Below are positions 53,803-63,604 of a stretch of DNA of 64,000 nt, piece by piece. The DNA comes from a candidate division FCPU426 bacterium (GTDB lineage Bacteria > Oederibacteriota > Muellerivitia > Muellerivitales > Muellerivitaceae): the NCBI GenBank assembly GCA_963771075.1, contig CAVYSE010000005.1, forward strand, positions 32,001-96,000. Reading direction: 5' to 3'. The translations under genes and the position numbers were made by a program. Below the pieces are notes generated by a model. The model was given only the letters and a program-made list of their open reading frames with translations. It was not told the DNA's origin and searched no databases. The number at the start of each line of letters is the position of its first letter. The stretch's first letter is position 1.

Positions 53803-54873
53803 TTAGCGCATGGGCCGATACACTTCCTTCCGAACCAACATCGTCCAAAGGTGAATCAAAAGCTTGTGCGCCATTGCCACAATCGCCTTGTTGACGTGTC
53901 CCGTATTACGGACCAGTCGACGAAAAACACGGTAGGCCTGGGTATCCTTTTGGATCCATGACCAGGCCGCTTCAACCAAGGTCGCTCTCAAAGTGCCTTT
54001 TCCGGCCTTCTGTAAATGGCCTTCCTTCCGGGTTTCACCGCTTTGCCTGATCCTAGGGGCCAACCCCACGTAAGCCGCCACTTGTTTGGCGTTTTCAAAG
54101 CGTTCCGGCTGGTAAATCTCCGTTAATACTTGCAGGGTCGTCACTTCGCCCACTCCTGGGTGGGTTCTCAGGATCTTGGCCTTTTTCTCGTAGGCCTTCT
54201 CCTTCATCATGACCCTCAAACGTATGTTCACGTCCTTGAGCTGCCTATCAAAGTAAAAAAGATCTTCCAATAGGCGATCCAAGGTGAACCTCAGGGCAGG
54301 TGGCAGTTCCATTTCCCGTAATATCCCAATGGCTTCGTGGGTCCAGTAATCCAACCCTCTGGGAGTTTTGAGCCCATATTGAAGGAAGAAGCTCTTGATC
54401 CTTTGTTTGGCCTTGCGTTTCTGCTCGACCATCGCGTTCCTCAAACGAACCACCTGCCGGTCAGCTTCTTCCTGGAGGGTTGGGATCGCCACCGCCTTCA
54501 GCAATTCTTTCTCCGCATACTCCGCCAGTTTGCTACAGTCCAAACGGTCGGATTTTGTTTCAAACTGCGACACGCGAGGAGTCTTGTGCGGGGCGATGAC
54601 ATCCAATGGGTATCCCTCCTCCCGAAGGCGGCGGGCCAGGCCAAAACCGGTAGGGCCTGCCTCGTAGACGACCTTTTTCAACCCCACCCGATAAGGCGCC
54701 AGGACCTTCACCACCGCCTCCCAGTCCGCTGTCAGGGACTTTGTTCCGACTTCCTTTCCGTTAATCCTGATTGCCATATAAATACTTCGTTTGTGGACAT
54801 CCAATCCCACAAACACAGCGTCCCGCTTGGATACCTCCTTGCCTCGGTATCCTTTTTTGCTAATCTGTTTCAT
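53803..54873 (-). CDS. IS110-family DEDD transposase/recombinase
   Basis: VGLDVHK, YEAG, KSDRLD, PGVG, YVGL.P...QSG, A..A.A.KL. Confidence 0.95.
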   Translation of the reverse strand: MKQISKKGYRGKEVSKRDAVFVGLDVHKRSIYMAIRINGKEVGTKSLTADWEAVVKVLAPYRVGLKKVVYEAGPTGFGLARRLREEGYPLDVIAPHKTPRVSQFETKSDRLDCSKLAEYAEKELLKAVAIPTLQEEADRQVVRLRNAMVEQKRKAKQRIKSFFLQYGLKTPRGLDYWTHEAIGILREMELPPALRFTLDRLLEDLFYFDRQLKDVNIRLRVMMKEKAYEKKAKILRTHPGVGEVTTLQVLTEIYQPERFENAKQVAAYVGLAPRIRQSGETRKEGHLQKAGKGTLRATLVEAAWSWIQKDTQAYRVFRRLVRNTGHVNKAIVAMAHKLLIHLWTMLVRKEVYRPMR

Positions 54874-55059
54874 GGCCATTCCTCCTTGTGAGTTGCCTGC
54901 TCACCGGGACTAGTTTAATCCCGGCGGAGGAATGGCCTTCATGTTACCTGTCCACGACGGGGACCCGTCGTGGACACCTAATTCTGACGTGGCTTTGGAT
55001 AAACCTCTTTGCTTTAGTCATGGGTGATAAGGACTGAATTTTAGGACGAAAGGAAAACC

Positions 55060-55644
55060 ATGAAAACCGTTCTTGTTATTTTAGCATTGATCGTTTTGGT
55101 TTTTTTCTTTTGGAAGTTCAAATCCCGGCGTCTTTTTGACCCGGAAGCCCTCATGCCGGGTTACGCACAGAAGGCCATCTCGACCGCCAAGGAAAAGTAT
55201 GGCCTCACTTTGGATCTGGACGAAAAAAACTTGAAAGTTCTTGAGATGAAAATTATGAGGCCGCTAAGTGAAGAGTTTAAGAAAAAAGCCTTATCGGACG
55301 AAGAACTTGCGAACAATTGCATTCTTTGGGGGGCTTATCTGGGGGAAATGTTAAAGAAGGCTTCGCCCTACTGGTCTCAGGCCCATTGGAGATTAAATGA
55401 TTCAGAAAAAGGCCAACAAACAATTAATCCAAACCAGATTGGTTTGGCGGGAAAGGATTTTGTGGTTTATCCCGGTGCTTGGGTTCAAAAACATATCGAA
55501 GACCCTATAAACGATAATTTCGTGGGAAAGTATGAATTAGCTTATCAACTGCCAAACACGGATCAGAATAAAAAGGGCACTCAGGGTCAGCTGATAGATA
55601 AAGATGGGAACCCTATCAAAATGCGATATATGCCTGAAAAGTAA
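55060..55644 (+). CDS. Hypothetical cassette protein (N-terminal TM; GAYLGE motif)
   Basis: RBS AAGGA; fills the interval between the repeats at 54949 and 55663. Confidence 0.75.
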   Translation: MKTVLVILALIVLVFFFWKFKSRRLFDPEALMPGYAQKAISTAKEKYGLTLDLDEKNLKVLEMKIMRPLSEEFKKKALSDEELANNCILWGAYLGEMLKKASPYWSQAHWRLNDSEKGQQTINPNQIGLAGKDFVVYPGAWVQKHIEDPINDNFVGKYELAYQLPNTDQNKKGTQGQLIDKDGNPIKMRYMPEK

Positions 55645-55692
55645 TAGATTGTTTGGTGAAGTTGTCCACGACGGGGACCCATCGTGGACGTC

Positions 55693-57669
55693 GTGCCAGC
55701 GAAGGTTTGTAGAGCCAGCAGGTGAGGGAGTAGGCCGAAGAGGGCCAGCCCAAATCCTGACCAGGTAATCGCCAGAGAGCCTGGAAGTCAGCCCCCGGCG
55801 TAGGACCGAGAGGTTCTGCCCGAAACGGGGTCATAAACCTCATTCAGTGAGGGAACAATCTAGCAGTCCGCAACATCAAGTGAATCCTGCCGCGTCGTGA
55901 ATGGGACACCGAAAGGTGCAAGAGGATGCCGAGCCGCGTGTCTACCGGCGAAGGCCACGATCCCGCTGAAGAATCTGGAGCAAGCGGGGCAAGTCCTCCG
56001 GCGTATGGGGAACGGAATGCTGGAAAGGCTTTGCAAGCAACCTGGGAGATCCTACCCGCCAAAAGACTTGCCGCTATAAGGCTAAAACCGAAAAGGGGCA
56101 AGGGCGGGAGGAAGTCGGAGGGGGTCACAATACCTGTGAAGGGTGGACAACAAAACCACCTGGAGGGAAGGACCCCTGCTTCAACCAAGCAACCTTCAAA
56201 AGGGAGGCGCTGGAGCATGCCCCAAAGGGCCAACAACTCCGAAGACAAGGCGCGAACCCTTCAAAGGGCGCTATACCGAGCGGCCAAGAGGAGCCCAAGC
56301 CGGAGATTTCATGTACTGCATGACAGGATGACCCGATGGGATGTCCTGACAGCGGCATGGAAACAGGTGAAGGCTAATAAAGGCCAAGGAGGAGTGGACG
56401 GGGAAACGCTGGAATGGATCGAAGAGAAGGTGGGAATTATTCCATTCCTGAAGGGCATCCAGGAAGAACTCAAAGCTGGGAAGTATCTGCCTAAACCTGT
56501 GAGACGAGTGGAAATACCCAAGCCTGATGGAAGCAAGAGACCGTTGGGAATCCCGGTAATTCGGGATCGGGTAGTTCAAGCGGCTTGCCGGAAGGTGGTG
56601 GAACCCATCTTTGAGGCGGACTTTCTGGAAGGCTCGTTTGGATTTCGGCCAAAACGCGGAGCCCAGCAGGCCCACCGGGAGATCAAGAAGTGGATCAATG
56701 GCGGGTACAGATGGGTGGTGGATGGAGATATTCGGAAGTATTTCGATTCCATCGACCACGACAAACTGATGGTGCTGGTGCGCCAGAGGATCAGTGACCG
56801 GAAGGTTTTGAAACTGATCCGAGGGTGGCTGAAGGCGGGTGTGTTTGAGGAAGGAAGGCTTACGCCGACTCTCCGAGGGACACCGCAAGGCGGGGTGATC
56901 TCACCGCTGTTATCCAATGTTTACCTTCACTTGCTGGACAAGGTTTGGAATAAGAGGCACAGGAAACTGGGTAGGCTGGTGCGCTACGCCGACGATTTTG
57001 TGGTGTTGTGCGGAAGCCAAGCCCATGCGGAAAAGAGCCTGGAAGTCATCAAGGAATTGATGGGACGACTAGGGCTTGAACTGCACCCCGAAAAGACACG
57101 GCTGGTGGAAATGGGGCCTGGGAAGGAAGGGTTTGACTTCCTTGGGTTCCACTTTCGAGTAGGTATGCCGGTGGTAGGATTGGGTAAGACCTGTTGCCTG
57201 AGCTGGCCGAGCCGGAAGGCCATGAAGAAAATCGCCGAGAAAGTGAAGCAGATGACGGCGGGCCGAGAGCGGCTCTTATCTCCAATGGAGGATGTAGCGA
57301 AGGCTTTGAACCCGGTGTTAAGGGGGTGGGCCAACTATTTCCGAATTGGGGACAGCCAGCCATACTTTTCCAAGCTTCAATTTTACGTACTCGAAAGGCT
57401 GACTTTGTTTCGGAGGCATAAGTACGCCTGGGAAGGACGAACATGGTCGATCGAGGAAGTGAAACGCCTTGGTTTGAACTGGATTCCAGCTTTTGCCTTG
57501 AATGCTGCCGGTTGAAAGGTTGTCGGAAAGCCGTATGATCGAAAAGGTCACGTACGGTTTGATGAGGGGGCGCTGGAAACGTGGTGATGAGAGCCGGACT
57601 GAGGCCCAATCCGAAAGGGTTGGATTCGCCACCGTACTCTAAGGCATACGCGCCAGCGCTCTACTCTGC
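55693..57669 (+). mobile_element. Group II intron, copy 3
   Basis: Same sequence as copy 1 by inspection (offset 9669). Confidence 0.92.
56217..57515 (+). CDS. ltrA: Group II intron RT/maturase
   Basis: Translation identical to copy 1. Confidence 0.95.
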   Translation: MPQRANNSEDKARTLQRALYRAAKRSPSRRFHVLHDRMTRWDVLTAAWKQVKANKGQGGVDGETLEWIEEKVGIIPFLKGIQEELKAGKYLPKPVRRVEIPKPDGSKRPLGIPVIRDRVVQAACRKVVEPIFEADFLEGSFGFRPKRGAQQAHREIKKWINGGYRWVVDGDIRKYFDSIDHDKLMVLVRQRISDRKVLKLIRGWLKAGVFEEGRLTPTLRGTPQGGVISPLLSNVYLHLLDKVWNKRHRKLGRLVRYADDFVVLCGSQAHAEKSLEVIKELMGRLGLELHPEKTRLVEMGPGKEGFDFLGFHFRVGMPVVGLGKTCCLSWPSRKAMKKIAEKVKQMTAGRERLLSPMEDVAKALNPVLRGWANYFRIGDSQPYFSKLQFYVLERLTLFRRHKYAWEGRTWSIEEVKRLGLNWIPAFALNAAG

Positions 57670-57695
57670 ACCTTTTTTAGTGTTAAGGAGGTTTA

Positions 57696-58313
57696 ATGGT
57701 AGCCCAATTTCCCGATATTACCTTTGAAGGTCCGCTCATATCAGATCAAAATTTTCTAAACGCTCTCCCTGAGGATTTAAAATCAATTCTCAAAATAAAA
57801 AATGGTTTTATCGCTTTTGCCGGTGGATTTCACATGAGAGGGATTTGCGAAGAACCTAGTTGGCATTCGTGAGAACTGTTTTGGACCGGTAAGCATTCCT
57901 TTTCGAAATTGTATTCTTCTATTCAAAAAGACGATGTACCTTTTGGACAAGATTGCTTGGGTGATCAGTTTATTTTAAGAAAGAACCAAGTATTACGTCT
58001 TAGGGGTGAATCGGGAGACATTGTAGATATGAAAATGGATTTATTAACTTTCTTGGATGAAGCTGAATCAAATCCTTTTGATTTATTAGAACTAGCTCCT
58101 TTGAAGCGAATTCAAAACGAAGGAAAAAAACTGGAGCCCGGCCAATTAATTAATGTGTTTCCTCCCTTTATTACCGCAGAGAGCCGTAAAGGCGTTTCAT
58201 TGAAGCCAATACCAACCGTCGAAAGAATCTTGTTTCTTTCCGATCTTGCTAAACAAATTTCCAATATTTCTGACGGTACACAAGTTAAATTCAATATAAG
58301 CTCTAAGGGGTAG
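57696..58313 (+). pseudogene. SMI1/KNR4-like immunity-type cassette gene with a premature stop
   Basis: RBS AAGGAGG and ATG at 57696 in frame with the 57909 ORF; TGA at 57870-57872; LP.D, NGF, PFGQDC.GDQF. Confidence 0.65.
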
Positions 58314-58382
58314 TTTGAGGGCTTAGCGATTGTCCACGATGGGGACCCATCGTGAACAAGGGAATTATGAGGTTTGTAATAA

Positions 58383-58607
58383 ATGAATAGGTTAAAAAAG
58401 ATATTAAAGATTTGTGGTTATGCTATCGGCACCTTATTGGTTCTTTTCTGTCTTGCGCGGTTTTGTCTATTCGAATTCATAAATGTCATAAACCCGAGAG
58501 TGATATTAGGGGAGATCGCCTCTCCGCAAAAGACTTATATATTCCGTTTTTTACCGGACGACGAGCAGTTTCATGACTTTGTGGGTTTCCCGACTGCCGG
58601 TTCGTAA
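58383..58607 (+). pseudogene. Probably truncated cassette ORF
   Basis: AT-rich ORF with N-terminal TM that runs into the 3' end of the GC-rich opposite-strand gene at 58551. Confidence 0.45.
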
Positions 58608-61600
58608 GACGAGGTCCACGTAATAAAGCCCGTTGGCGAGGTTCAAGCCCGCTTGGTTCCATTGGAGGGTGTAGAGGTGCTGGCCCGGCGACATAGGCAA
58701 CGTGGCATCCTCGTAAATTTTCCGGAAAGAAACGGTGAAAAGCTTGGCCTTCACCTGGTCCACCGGCTGGTCCAGGTTGTAATAGAACCGTAAGGGTTGG
58801 TTATCTATCACCGGGTTAGGATAAAGAACGTCCACCGACGCGATGGTCGGCGTACCCGTGAGGGTCAGGGTGGGGGTTAAGCTCGGGGTGGGAGTGAGGG
58901 TAGGCGTCGGAGTGGGAGTCAGGGTGGGCGTTTGGGTGGAGGTGAGGGTAGGTGTCGGGGTGGGGGTGTCTGTCGGGGGGTTGGTGGGCACTAGGGTTTG
59001 GGTGGGGGTGAAGCTGGCCGTTCCCGTGGCCGTCCCCGTGGGGCTATAGGTGGGGGTGACGATCCCCGCGGTCGTATAAAACCCGATCTGGTCGACCTGA
59101 AAATTGAAGGCGCCCGTCCCCTGGGTGAAAATCCAGATTCCGGTGCAATCCGTTCCCTGGTATGTCACCGGCAAGCCGGTTTGGCCGCTCCAGCCCGTTT
59201 GGCGAAACATGGAGGTAAAGGGCACCTGGTAAAAAGTCCACTGTCCCGGGGCCGGAGTGATTTGGATGCCGTAATAGTTGTAGTCGGTGACGGCCTGGCT
59301 GGACACGGTCACCCGGTAGGTGCGTCCGTCGCCGTAAAACCAAAATTCCAGCCCGAGGACCCCGGAGCCGCTCAGGTTATAAGTCGGGGGGGCCACGCGG
59401 AACTCAGATTGCTGGTGTAGTTGACGTAGGAGGAATTGGGCGTGGTGCCGGCGCCGATAACCCCCGTGAGCTTGGCCGCGTAGTGGGTTCCGGCCGCGCC
59501 GGACGATACTCCGTATTGGACGGTGATGCCGCTGGTGGCATCCGTGTAAGTGGCCCAGGTTCCGCCCCACAGGTTGGCGCGGGCGGGGGGACTCCGTCCC
59601 GGCTCAAGTCCTCGAAGTCATCCACCAGGGTGACCGGCCCCTCGTTGGGCGTGCAGGTAGGCGAGTGGGTGGGCGTTGGGGTGATGGTCGCCGTGAACCA
59701 GGTTCCCGTAGGCGTGGCCGTGAAGGTGGGGGTGGGCGTCGAAGTCAGGGTCGGCTGCCCCGAGTTGGTGAATCGCAGGACCGTGATGGAATAAGGCTGG
59801 AAGGTCACGGGGAAGGAGCCGGAAACGCCGGTCAAGGTCACGGCCGTGGGAGCGGTGTCCGGCGCGGCGTGGTAAGGCATTGCCCCGGTGTTCACCCATT
59901 GGTAGTTGGAGGAATCGAATGTCCAGCCGCTGGCGGTGCTGTTGGGCGTGAAAGGCAACCCGGTGATCCGGGTGTTATAGGCATTCGCCGGGTCCTTGTT
60001 GACCACGGCCAGGGAGACGACGCCATCAGGCCGGTAATCCGAGTAGGCCGCGAACAAGGAAACGGGAACGCCGCCGACCGTTGTGGATAGGAGCTGGTGG
60101 TGGTTGGTATCGCCGGGAATGGCCCAATCGACGGCCATCATCCGCATGGCCCAATAGGAGGCATGGGGCTGGTACTGGTAGGCGCCGGAGGTACCGCACA
60201 GGTAACCCATATCCCCGCCCGCGGGGTTGGTGGCCGCGTCCTCGCCGAGCATGAACACGGCGTAATAGTTGGCGCTGCCCCGGGCGCCAAAATCGGTGAT
60301 GAGATGGCCCAAGCTGTCCGCCACCCAAAGGCCGTCCAACAGCTGCACCTGGCCATTCGCGTCAAAGGCATCCTCATTAAATTGGCTCACGAAAACGGGA
60401 ATCGTGGCCCCTCCCGCGACACCGCTTAGCCAGGAATTCAGGCTGGCCGGATAGGCGTCCAGGGTGGAGGTGCTGGCCAGGGCCTGGGACGCCGTGTAAG
60501 TTCCGTAATTGGGGAACCAATGAAAATCGATCCCGTTGATGTAGCTGTCATCCCCCTTGGCGTGGAGAAAACCGATGAAATCCTGGACGTAGCCCTTCCC
60601 GTCGTACATGTTGGAATTATCGAAGAAGCTCCCGGACACCGGGCCCAGGACGAGAATGGACGGATCCACCGCCTTCATGGCTTCGTAATACTCGATATAG
60701 CGGCGCACGAAGTCCTCGGCGGGCAGGGGCCCGCCCGGTTCCCATTGGCCCTCGGTCTCGTTGCCAATCTCCCAGTATTTAATGTCATAACCCCGAACGA
60801 TGTTGGCGTAATAAACCCAGGAGGCGGCCTCCTGGGCCGTGCCCGTTCCCAAATTCACCGCGACCATGGGAATGGCGTGGGGACTGAAGGAATGGACGTA
60901 TGTCATGTAGCGCTCGAAATCCAAGGGAGGGGTCCAACCCGTGTTAGGGCTGTTCCCCGGGTCGGTGCTGGAAACCTCGACCTGGGTTTGGCTGACGCCG
61001 GAGGAAGTGTTGACGGTCACTTGGGTGTCGGCGTCGTAAAGCATGACCTCCGCGATGGAATAGGCCCCACTGACCCCCGCCGAGCTGGCCGTCATGAGAA
61101 TACGGTAATACCAGGATGAAACGGGGGGGAAGGTCACTCCCTGGGTTCCCGGCGTACCCGTGTAGGTGCCGATGGTCGCCCAATGGGATTCGGATTGCCC
61201 GCTGTAAAGGGGAAACGAACCAGCCGAGGTCCAATTTTGGATTTGGAACGAAGCCGCGTAGGGCGTTCCCCAGGCGATCGTGACGGCGTTGACCGTGACT
61301 TGACTGTTAAAATCCAGTTCGACCCATTGGTGGTTTGGAAAATCCGTGTCCACGTTGGAAAGCCAGGCGGTGGAGCTGTTCCCATCCGTGATGTTGGAGG
61401 GGAACCCGAACTGGGTATCGGTGCCGCTGTAAGTCTCAAGGCAATCGAAACCGGGGGAATAGGTGGTCCCGCTGGGAATCCAGTAATGATGGGAGTCGTA
61501 GCTACCCGTGCCGTTCCAGTGATTGTAATCCGCGCCGGATCCGCCCGCGTAGCCCAGGAAGAAATTCCCCGCGCCCTGGACCAGGTTTTGGGTGTTCGTC

Positions 61601-61725
61601 ACGTCGGTGGCGTTGTCATAATCCGCGATGTTATTTCCGAAGATGCTGATGGGGATAAAAGACGACACGGTGACGGCGGAGTTGATGGTGATCGTGGCCG
61701 GCAGGGCCTGGGCCATGGGAGGCAT
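58551..61725 (-). CDS. Large secreted GH-A-like protein: catalytic domain with discoidin insert, Pro/Thr linkers, CBM11/CIA30-like module and PNP-type C-terminal sorting-like domain (two frameshifts near 59585 and 59390)
   Basis: YWEIGNE, DGN.STAW.S discoidin motif, TPT repeats, LVDDFED, YPNP...LANGLY...KLLVVR; signal-peptide-like codons upstream of 61725. Confidence 0.75.
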
Positions 61726-62365
61726 GAAGGCCGGGTAGGCCGCCGCGAAAGCCAGGAAGGTTAGGATCGGCTTTATGTTTTTCAGGTGGGACCATCCCTT
61801 TTGGCCAACACGGCGTTAAAAGGGCGCGAAAACGCTTTTTCCCGCGGCATCCTTCATAATTATTAGATGCCGATTTTCGCGAAAGTGTCGCCGGAGAAGG
61901 GCTGTTTTCAAGGAATGGCGGGTTTCTTGGCCCAAGTCGGGGTTGGAGCCGTACAAATAACCGGGAAAATAAACAAGATGGGATAAAAACCGAAGATTGT
62001 TATGAGGGTGTGAAATTTTCCTGCATATGGTTCTCGTTAAAAGGATGGTGTGCAACCACGTACAACCAGCTCAACCAGAATTCCCCGGGCCTGGCCCCTT
62101 TGACTCTTTGAGCCCCTACGTCCCTGTGAAAAGTTTTAAATGTTGGCCCCTTTGACTCCAGTTCTCGACCCTACGGGACCCAACATGGACAACAAAAAAC
62201 AGATCAAGGGGAATAGACCTCTTGGTTTTGCGCGAATAGGTATTACAGGTATTATAATTTTTTCACCTGTTTCTATTGCCTTTGCAAGCCCCCATACTCT
62301 CCCGGCTAAACCTTGTCGAAAGATTTTGTTGGATCGAAGGTTTTAAATAGAAAAAAGGTCATGCC

Positions 62366-63031
62366 ATGAAACGCCGCCCCTTCGGTTTATTTTCCAACGA
62401 TAAAATTTCATCGCTTTTAGCGGTTAGTTTCTGGCTGGTGTTGCTCCCCCATGGGGTCTTCGCCCAATCCAACGCGGATTGGCAGCAGATCAAGCGCAAT
62501 TGCGGGCTTGATCCCGGCCTCGCTTACAACACCTGGGTCGCGCAAGGCATGCCTTGCAACAACGGCGGCGGCGCTCAAGCCCAGCCGGTCGGCCCCTCCC
62601 CGGAACAAATTCGCCAAAACCAGCTTATCGCGGACGCGAGGGCTCTCAACCAAAAGGGCTTGGATGCCTTCGAAAGCAACGACTACGACGCCGCGCTCGG
62701 TTTTTTTCAACAGGCCTTGGATAAAACGCCCAACGATACGGGGATTCAGCAAAACCTCCAAAACGCCCAGAATAAAATCGACGAAAGGAATAAGTTCAAT
62801 CAAAACAAGCAGGATGCCCTCAATGATCTCAAGGACCCTTCCGGCGCGAATGGCGGGAATTCGGACACCGGCTTGAAAGACGCGGTGTCGGATCAAGGCG
62901 ACTCCTCGGCGGACGGTCAAGGCCTCAAGGACATCCATGTTGATGCGGTCAAACAGGCGGACCAAGTCCATCAAGATCCCGATGCGTTTAGAACAACGGG
63001 GTCAGGTCTTCATTTTATAATAACTTTGTGA
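62366..63031 (+). CDS. Secreted TPR-containing protein, probably 3'-truncated
   Basis: Signal peptide AQS; NQKG..AF...DYDAA..FFQQAL...P TPR; last codons read through the element end at 62998. Confidence 0.65.
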   Translation: MKRRPFGLFSNDKISSLLAVSFWLVLLPHGVFAQSNADWQQIKRNCGLDPGLAYNTWVAQGMPCNNGGGAQAQPVGPSPEQIRQNQLIADARALNQKGLDAFESNDYDAALGFFQQALDKTPNDTGIQQNLQNAQNKIDERNKFNQNKQDALNDLKDPSGANGGNSDTGLKDAVSDQGDSSADGQGLKDIHVDAVKQADQVHQDPDAFRTTGSGLHFIITL

Positions 63032-63043
63032 TAAGATCCGCAA

Positions 63044-63604
63044 ATGGCTAGACCGTTAAGAGTGCATTATGAAGGCGCTGTTTATCACGTTACCTCGCGG
63101 GGGAACGAGCGGAAAAACATTGTCCGGTCGGATAAGGACCGGGAATTGTTTTTGTGGGTATTGGCCCAAGTCGTGGAGGATCATCATGTGATGTGCCATG
63201 CCTGGGTATTGATGGATAATCATTACCACTTGTTGGTGGAGACGCCGGAAGCCAACTTGTCACGGGCCATACGGCACCTGAATGGTGTTTATACCCAGAA
63301 ATTCAATCGGCGGAATAACCGCAGAAAAAGGGGCCAGGCCTACATATTACACTTTACGTGAAACGCGTCTATCTTGAGGAGGGTCGGGAAGGTGTATGGG
63401 GAAAAGCCGGAGGAGGTATTGAGGGCGGGGCGCAGGAAAAGCGTGGCGCGGGCGGTGGCGATTTACCTGCTCAAGAAGGAATCGGGTTTGAGCCTGGGGG
63501 AAATCGGAAAAAGGATGGAGGTCGGTTTTTCGGCGGTGGGGAACCAATGGTCGAAGATCAAAAAAAGCTGTCCGAGGACCCTGAATTTGGCCGGATGGTT
63601 CTAA
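63044..63604 (+). pseudogene. HUH/Y1 (RAYT-like) transposase remnant with C-terminal HTH, internally deleted
   Basis: MARPLR....GAVYHVTSRGN, LMDNHYHLL; breaks after FNRR and resumes as AR.VAIYLLK...LSL.EIG; the catalytic Tyr region is absent. Confidence 0.85.

Larger units (their letters stand above)
53596..54948 (-). mobile_element. IS110-family, IS1111-type insertion sequence
   Basis: Subterminal inverted repeats ATGAGGCCATTCCTC (53598-53612) / GAGGAATGGCCTTCAT (54927-54942), internal IR copy at 54871-54885, ~200-nt non-coding region downstream of the transposase, TG at both junctions. Confidence 0.88.

Noticed and set aside
46024..57669. RT as a retron, DGR or defence RT
   Set aside because: Maturase domain, domain V/VI RNA and multi-copy insertion identify group II introns; no template/variable repeat pair was seen.
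40466..58358. 28-bp repeats as a CRISPR array
   Set aside because: Intervals are hundreds to thousands of bases and contain whole genes; no cas genes are present.
40466..58358. 28-bp repeats as classical attC sites or intrinsic terminators
   Set aside because: No RYYYAAC/GTTRRRY ends or extrahelical-base pattern, fixed short length, no intI in the window, and no following T-tract.
58843..59065. GGGGT-rich tandem repeats
   Set aside because: Explained by Pro/Thr linker codons of the minus-strand gene.
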